Below are positions 58,521 to 64,000 of a stretch of 64,000 nt of DNA, piece after piece; the first letter of the stretch is position 1, and each line of letters begins with the position of its first letter. The notes beneath the pieces were generated by a model. That model was not told the DNA's origin and ran no database searches. It saw nothing but the letters and a program-made list of their open reading frames with translations. A program made the translations under genes and the position numbers. The DNA is from Patescibacteria group bacterium (lineage in GTDB: Bacteria > Patescibacteriota > Microgenomatia > UBA12405), in NCBI GenBank assembly GCA_023380755.1, contig JAMCSD010000006.1, forward strand, positions 316,735-380,734. Reading direction: 5' to 3'.

Positions 58521-58664
58521 TTGATCCTCCTAAAAAATTAGAAAAGTTCTGTTGTTAACCTTTCAAGGTGCCCGAAATCTAGTAAGTAACAAAAAAGCGC
58601 CGCAAAAAACGCTAGTTTATTTATCCTACGGCCAAATTATACCAGAACTATATGGAAACAAGAG

Positions 58665-58735
58665 TTACCCCGCAAGGATTCGAACCTCAATTCTCGCGTT
58701 CAGAGCGCGATGTCCTACCATTAGACGACGGGGTA
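58665..58735 (-). tRNA. tRNA-Gln(CTG), U1-A72, CCA not encoded
   Basis: TACCCCG/CGGGGTA acceptor, anticodon arm TCGCG-CTCTGAA-CGCGA, GTTCGAATC. Confidence 0.95.
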
Positions 58736-58823
58736 GATTCGTCCAATTGTACCAATATGCTTCTTTATTTTCCAACTTAATCTTACTATAGTAAAAAGTG
58801 GATTGCTTGGTGGTAGTCCATTT

Positions 58824-61800
58824 ATGACGCGTCTTTTTAATATATTTAGATCCAGTAAACTACTCTTTTATCTCTTAAACTTTGTTTTTACCCTCATTAT
58901 TTTTGCTCACCCCGCTTTGGCCGACCGCACCTGGGATGGGGGAGCCGGGGTTGGGGATACCCGGTGGTCTAACCCAGTTAACTGGTCCGGCGATAGTTTA
59001 CCCGGCCCTAGTGATGTGGCTATTTTTGATTCAACTTCCGGCACCAAAAATGCCAATATCGGCACTTCTATTTCCGTCAAAGGCATCCAGTTATCGGCCG
59101 GCTACTCCGGCACCATTAACGTCTCCGCCGGAGTTTCAAATACGATTGTGCTTGGCAGTTCCGGTTATTCCCAGGCTTCGGGGGCTTTTAACGCCAACAA
59201 TGCCAATATCGGTGACAGCGCCTCTTTTAACATTTCTGGCGGCACCTTTACCCCCACTTCGGCCACGACAACCGTCACTAACAATTTTACAGTTACCAAC
59301 TCGCCGACCCTAAACGCCCATTTTGGCAACCTCACCTTTGTTGGCAACCTCTCTATCGGTGTGACCTGCGGCAATGCGATTTTTGATGCTGTTACCTTAA
59401 ATAAAAGCCCTGGTGTTGGGACTATCAACTTCAACTCCCAGTGTAATATCCCCATTTCGGGCACCAATCCCTCCTCTACGGGCCTGATTACTAACAATGG
59501 TGTTATAAGCGTCACTGGCAATTGGAATTTAATCGGCACTTACACCGGCAATGTCGGCGCCTCGTTGACCGTCACCGGTACCGGCATTTCTTTGCCCACC
59601 GGTCTCTGGCAGGGGAACATGACTTTTAATTCGGGTACTGTCTTTGTCGCCAATAGTCTGACTAATATGGTTGTCGGCGGCGCTCTCAATAATTCCGCTA
59701 ATGTTTTGCCTAATAATTTGGACCTTACTTTTTACGGCAGCCAGGATGGCTCAGTCACCTGTGGCAACGCCATCTTCCATTCCGTCGCTATTAATAAAAC
59801 TGCTACCGGCTACTACTTTACGGTCGGGGCCGGTTGCACCATTCCTCTGGCGGGCACCAATCCCGCCATTGGCGGTAGTTTAACCAATAATGGCAACGTC
59901 GGGGTGACCGGGAACCTAAGTCTTACCGGAGCTTATGCTGGTAATTCGGGAGCAATTCTAACCACCACCGGCACCGGTATTACCGTGGGTACTGACTTGA
60001 CGATCAATACCGGCACCAGCTTCCCAACGGGCTTAGATATCACCTTTAATGGCAATAGTAGCGGCACCTTAACCTGCGGTAATGCCACCTTTAATACTGT
60101 CACCATAAACAAGTCAACCACCGCGTCCCAAACCATTAGTAATGGCTGCAATATTACTATCGGCGGCACCAACCCCTCCTCCTCCACTCATGATGTTTAC
60201 AACCACGGCATCATCAATGTCAATGGTAACTGGACGGTGAGTACGGCTTATGTCGGTTATGGCGACGGGGTTCTCAACATGACCGGCGATACCTTTAATG
60301 TCGGTTGGAATATGACCCTTAATAGCGGCACCTCCTTGCCGTCCACCCTAAAAACACTTACTGTCGGTGGCGATTTAAATAATTCTGGTAATGCTCTCCC
60401 TCCGAATCTTGATGTTACTTTCAATACTGGCAATTCCGGCAGTGTCACCTGCGGTAATGCGGCTTTTAATTCAGTGGCTATTAGTAAAACTACTTCCTCC
60501 AGCATCACTTTTAATTCCGGTTGCACCATCCCCTTAGGTGGCACCAATCCTTCAACCACTGCCCATGATATCTATAACTATGGCACTATTAATGCTAATG
60601 GTAATTGGACGACCACTACATCATATACTGGTTATTCCGGCAGTTCCTTAAATCTCACTGGTTCCAATTTTGCTATCGGTTATAACTTGGTTTTTAATTC
60701 CGGTGCCGGTCTCTCCGCTCCGGCATTAACCTCAATTAACGTCGGCGGCGACTTGAATAATACTGGTAACGTTCTTCCGAATGGTCTTGATGTGGTTCTG
60801 GACCATAGCTATGGTGGTACGACTACCTGCGGTAATGCGACTTTTAATTCCGTCACTATCAACCGCAGCGGTTCCATCACCGACACCATTGGTGCCGGTT
60901 GTATCATTCCCTTAGGCGGTACCAACCCTTCCACTTCCGGCAATATTGTTAATAATGGACGAATCGATGTCACCGGCACCTGGTCGGTGGGTGGTTATTA
61001 TACTGGCAACTCCGGCAGTATCCTTAATATGACCGGTAACAGTTTAACCACCGGTTCGGATATTACCTTAAACAGCGGTTCCTCGATGCCTGCCAATCTT
61101 AATTCACTCACCGTGGGCGGAGTTTTAAATAATGCCGCCAATATTCTCTCCGATGGTATCGATCTTACCTTGAATAGTAACGGCAGCGTTAACCTAACGC
61201 CAGGCTCCGCCCGTTATAATTCTTTTACTGTTAATAAAGGCATTTCTTCTTATTCCATCACTCTTACTTCCAACTTCTCGACCGGCAATTTTACTCTTAC
61301 CCGGGGTACCATCGCTAATCCATCCTCACCTTATATTCTCAATATTGCCGGCAACTTTTCCGAAGACTCCGGAACTACCCTGGGTGGGGCGAACTTAACC
61401 TTAAATTTTAATGGCTCGGGCACTCAAACTTTAAGCAAAACTGCCGGAACTTTTGTCTCCAAACTTAATATCGGATCCTCCGGTACAGTTCAGCTCTTAA
61501 CTACCTTTGCTACTTCCGGTCAAACCTGTATAGTTCAGTCGGGTATTTTTGATCTTAACGGTCAAAACTTCACTTGCGGTTCAACTTTTACAGTTCAAAA
61601 TGGCGGTAACCTGAGGCTTATCGGTAGTGAAACCGTCACCACCCCCACCCTAAACGCCGGTTCTAATGTTTTATATGTCGGTATTAGTAACGGTTTAGTC
61701 GATAAATATACTATCAACAATTGGAGCTATTCCAACCTCACTGTTGGCATGACTGAGCCCGGCGATGAATTAACCTCCCAAAGTTTTGGAAACACTAATA

Positions 61801-64000
61801 ATCTGGAAGCCTATTGGAATCTTGATGAGGTGGGTACCACGGCAGTTAATAGTGTCTTGGGGGCCACAAATAATGGCAAAGCTATCGGTACGACTATTAT
61901 TGCCGGCCAAATTAACAATGCCCGCTCTTTTAATGGTACCTCTGACTATATTTCCGGACTTTCTTCGCCCGATAGCACTCTCACTAACTGGACCATGACT
62001 GCCTGGGTCAAACTTAACTCGACCAATCAGGCCGGCCTGATTGCTTATAATGGCAACGATAGTGGAGGATATGGCCTAGCCGTCAGTGGTACGGGCGGTG
62101 CCAATGGTAACACCTATATGGTCTTGCTGGGTGGAGTTAATTGGTATAGCAGCGGCACCACCCTCCCCTCAACTAGCCCCTGGTATTTTTTAGCGATTAC
62201 CCGGGACACCAGTACCATCCGGTTTTATGTTAACGGTTCGGCTTCTCCGAATACTTATATCAATGCTCCCAAAACAATCACCTCGAGTTTATTCTCGATT
62301 GGCGCCGAATACGATACTAATAACAATCCTTACCGTTATTTTAATGGATCCATCGATGATGTCCGTTATTATAATCGTACCCTTTCTTCATCTGAAATTA
62401 GCCAGCTCTATGCTTATGACGGCACTCCGGTGGCGGCTGTCACCGTGGGTAATAATCTAAACATTACCTCAGGTACTATGGTTTCTCCGGCTACCCTGAC
62501 AGTCAATGGTAACTTTAATAATAATGCCACTTTTAACGCTAATTCCGGTACAGTGAACTTAAACGGTGGTAATCAAACCATTACTGGAGCCAGTACCTTT
62601 TACAATTTGACTAAGACCGTCTCTTCCGGCTCCACCCTGACCTTTCCCTCATCGACAACTCAGACTATTACTAATGCCATCACCTTAACTGGTACCAATG
62701 GTAATTTACTTTCCCTGGCCTCTTCCAATCCCGGTACTCAGTGGAACATTGCCCTCCCGGCTAGCCGCACTTTGGACTATCTAGTAGTGGCTGATTCCCG
62801 CAATACCGGTGCCGTCGTTGACCAAACCGGCCTCCACTTAACCAATGGCGGAAATACTACTAATTGGGGCTTTAATAATCCCCCCAGTGCCACAGTGCCT
62901 TCAAGTATTTCCCAAGCTACCGATGGCTCCGGCTTAGTCACCTTTTCTACCCAAGTCTCTGACCCGGATAATAATTCCACTAAAATCAAGGTCGAATATT
63001 CCGATGACGGCGGTTCCACTTGGTATACACCTCACTTAATTTCTGCCACTCCCGATAGTGGCAGTGCTGACCTAAGTTCGGCCGCCTACCAAATTGGTTC
63101 CACCGATGCCATTGATACTAATGGGGGAGCCGTCACTTTATCTTTGGTTTGGGACACTCAATCTGCACTCAACGGTCATGGAGTATTAAGCGGTCTCAAT
63201 AGCACGGTTCGCCTTCGGGTGACTCCCAATGATAATTCTACCGATGGCTCACCAGCCTCGACGACTAACTTTATGGTTGACAACCAAGCACCCTCGGGAC
63301 CCTCTAACCTGGCCTCTTCCACCCATACCTCTTCTGTTTGGTCCAATAACAACCAGATTCATTTTACCTGGACCGCCGCTTCGGATGGCAGCGGCATTGG
63401 TCTTTCTGGTTATGCCTATATCATCGACACCTCACCCACTACCGACCCCACTTCTGTCCCCAATTTGGGCAGTGTTACTACTCTGACTTCGTCTACCCTG
63501 CCGAGTGCCAGTAGTTATTATCTCCACCTTAAGCCTGTCGACAATAATGGCAATTGGGGCAGCCCCGTGGCCTATGGCCCCTTCTTAATTGACACCATTT
63601 CTCCAGCCAACCCCGGTGTCCCGGTCATCGATTCTCCTACTGCATCTAACCAGCCTCCAGTCACCTGGACCGATTCCACCGACACTCTCTCGGGCTTAGC
63701 TGACCCGGCCTACACCTTAGCCTGGACCACTGATCCTGATTTTGTTCTTGGCATTCAAACCACTGGAGTTGGCCTGACCGCCTTTACTCCCACGGCCACC
63801 TTAGCCGATGGTACCTGGTATTTCAAAGTTAGGGCTGCCGACGCTGCCGGTAACACTACCCCCTACACTTCGGCCGCAAGTGTCGTAGTTGACACCACCC
63901 CGCCCACTACTCCCGGTACTCCCGGCACTACCACCCCCACCAATAGCACCACCCAAAGCTGGAACTGGAGTACCTCCACCGATGCCATTACTGCGGTAGT
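58824..64000 (+). CDS. giant secreted surface protein (>1700 aa, 3'-truncated): beta-helix repeats, LamG, Ig/FN3-like domains
   Basis: ATG 58824, signal peptide ending PALA, then RTWDGG..WS...NW; TCGNA repeats; LamG (YWNLDE...FNGSIDDVRYYNRTLSSSEI); DTTPPT.PG; absent from the ORF track, consistent with no stop in the window. Confidence 0.88.
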   Translation, partial: MTRLFNIFRSSKLLFYLLNFVFTLIIFAHPALADRTWDGGAGVGDTRWSNPVNWSGDSLPGPSDVAIFDSTSGTKNANIGTSISVKGIQLSAGYSGTINVSAGVSNTIVLGSSGYSQASGAFNANNANIGDSASFNISGGTFTPTSATTTVTNNFTVTNSPTLNAHFGNLTFVGNLSIGVTCGNAIFDAVTLNKSPGVGTINFNSQCNIPISGTNPSSTGLITNNGVISVTGNWNLIGTYTGNVGASLTVTGTGISLPTGLWQGNMTFNSGTVFVANSLTNMVVGGALNNSANVLPNNLDLTFYGSQDGSVTCGNAIFHSVAINKTATGYYFTVGAGCTIPLAGTNPAIGGSLTNNGNVGVTGNLSLTGAYAGNSGAILTTTGTGITVGTDLTINTGTSFPTGLDITFNGNSSGTLTCGNATFNTVTINKSTTASQTISNGCNITIGGTNPSSSTHDVYNHGIINVNGNWTVSTAYVGYGDGVLNMTGDTFNVGWNMTLNSGTSLPSTLKTLTVGGDLNNSGNALPPNLDVTFNTGNSGSVTCGNAAFNSVAISKTTSSSITFNSGCTIPLGGTNPSTTAHDIYNYGTINANGNWTTTTSYTGYSGSSLNLTGSNFAIGYNLVFNSGAGLSAPALTSINVGGDLNNTGNVLPNGLDVVLDHSYGGTTTCGNATFNSVTINRSGSITDTIGAGCIIPLGGTNPSTSGNIVNNGRIDVTGTWSVGGYYTGNSGSILNMTGNSLTTGSDITLNSGSSMPANLNSLTVGGVLNNAANILSDGIDLTLNSNGSVNLTPGSARYNSFTVNKGISSYSITLTSNFSTGNFTLTRGTIANPSSPYILNIAGNFSEDSGTTLGGANLTLNFNGSGTQTLSKTAGTFVSKLNIGSSGTVQLLTTFATSGQTCIVQSGIFDLNGQNFTCGSTFTVQNGGNLRLIGSETVTTPTLNAGSNVLYVGISNGLVDKYTINNWSYSNLTVGMTEPGDELTSQSFGNTNNLEAYWNLDEVGTTAVNSVLGATNNGKAIGTTIIAGQINNARSFNGTSDYISGLSSPDSTLTNWTMTAWVKLNSTNQAGLIAYNGNDSGGYGLAVSGTGGANGNTYMVLLGGVNWYSSGTTLPSTSPWYFLAITRDTSTIRFYVNGSASPNTYINAPKTITSSLFSIGAEYDTNNNPYRYFNGSIDDVRYYNRTLSSSEISQLYAYDGTPVAAVTVGNNLNITSGTMVSPATLTVNGNFNNNATFNANSGTVNLNGGNQTITGASTFYNLTKTVSSGSTLTFPSSTTQTITNAITLTGTNGNLLSLASSNPGTQWNIALPASRTLDYLVVADSRNTGAVVDQTGLHLTNGGNTTNWGFNNPPSATVPSSISQATDGSGLVTFSTQVSDPDNNSTKIKVEYSDDGGSTWYTPHLISATPDSGSADLSSAAYQIGSTDAIDTNGGAVTLSLVWDTQSALNGHGVLSGLNSTVRLRVTPNDNSTDGSPASTTNFMVDNQAPSGPSNLASSTHTSSVWSNNNQIHFTWTAASDGSGIGLSGYAYIIDTSPTTDPTSVPNLGSVTTLTSSTLPSASSYYLHLKPVDNNGNWGSPVAYGPFLIDTISPANPGVPVIDSPTASNQPPVTWTDSTDTLSGLADPAYTLAWTTDPDFVLGIQTTGVGLTAFTPTATLADGTWYFKVRAADAAGNTTPYTSAASVVVDTTPPTTPGTPGTTTPTNSTTQSWNWSTSTDAITAV

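Noticed and set aside
59364..61250. CRISPR or DNA-level repeat array
   Set aside because: Repeats are degenerate, in-frame and protein-level
58882..63486. Several short track ORFs on both strands
   Set aside because: Shadows of the single long + strand ORF starting at 58824
1..64000. Alternative genetic code (UGA recoding)
   Set aside because: Conserved genes are uninterrupted in code 11 and TGA terminates ORFs (e.g. rplQ, crp-like)

Overview
64 kb of a reduced-genome bacterial chromosome using the standard code (TGA is a stop). Gene content and style point to a CPR/Patescibacteria (Microgenomates-like) organism; this is an inference. The backbone is housekeeping: end of the alpha operon (rpsD-rpoA-rplQ-rplM-rpsI), ppa, recA-recX-rny-HU, ychF-miaA, secDF, CCA-adding enzyme, prs, mscL, recJ, aspS, gltX, trmD, oligoendopeptidase F, two tRNAs (Pro-GGG, Gln-CTG) and a compact RNase P RNA. 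Short accessory or phage-like units and surface-protein genes are interspersed. Standout: a 1638-aa alpha-2-macroglobulin whose bait region is occupied by a 128-aa Hint (intein-like) domain (Cys1...His-Asn, +1 Asp). It keeps an intact CVEQ thioester and has a C-terminal membrane anchor, making it a candidate self-activating covalent trap or adhesin. Other signals: (i) a two-tier expression grammar, with >20 genes looking leaderless while SD-led accessory genes carry a boxA-like leader motif; (ii) a Crp protein beside a perfect CRP box and two KGG stress peptides; (iii) three tandem Cys/CC/His paralogs sharing a palindrome; (iv) several small ORFs missed by the ORF track; (v) a miaA without a canonical start; (vi) a >1700-aa surface protein running off the window end. 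No CRISPR array, rRNA, transposase or integrase was seen.
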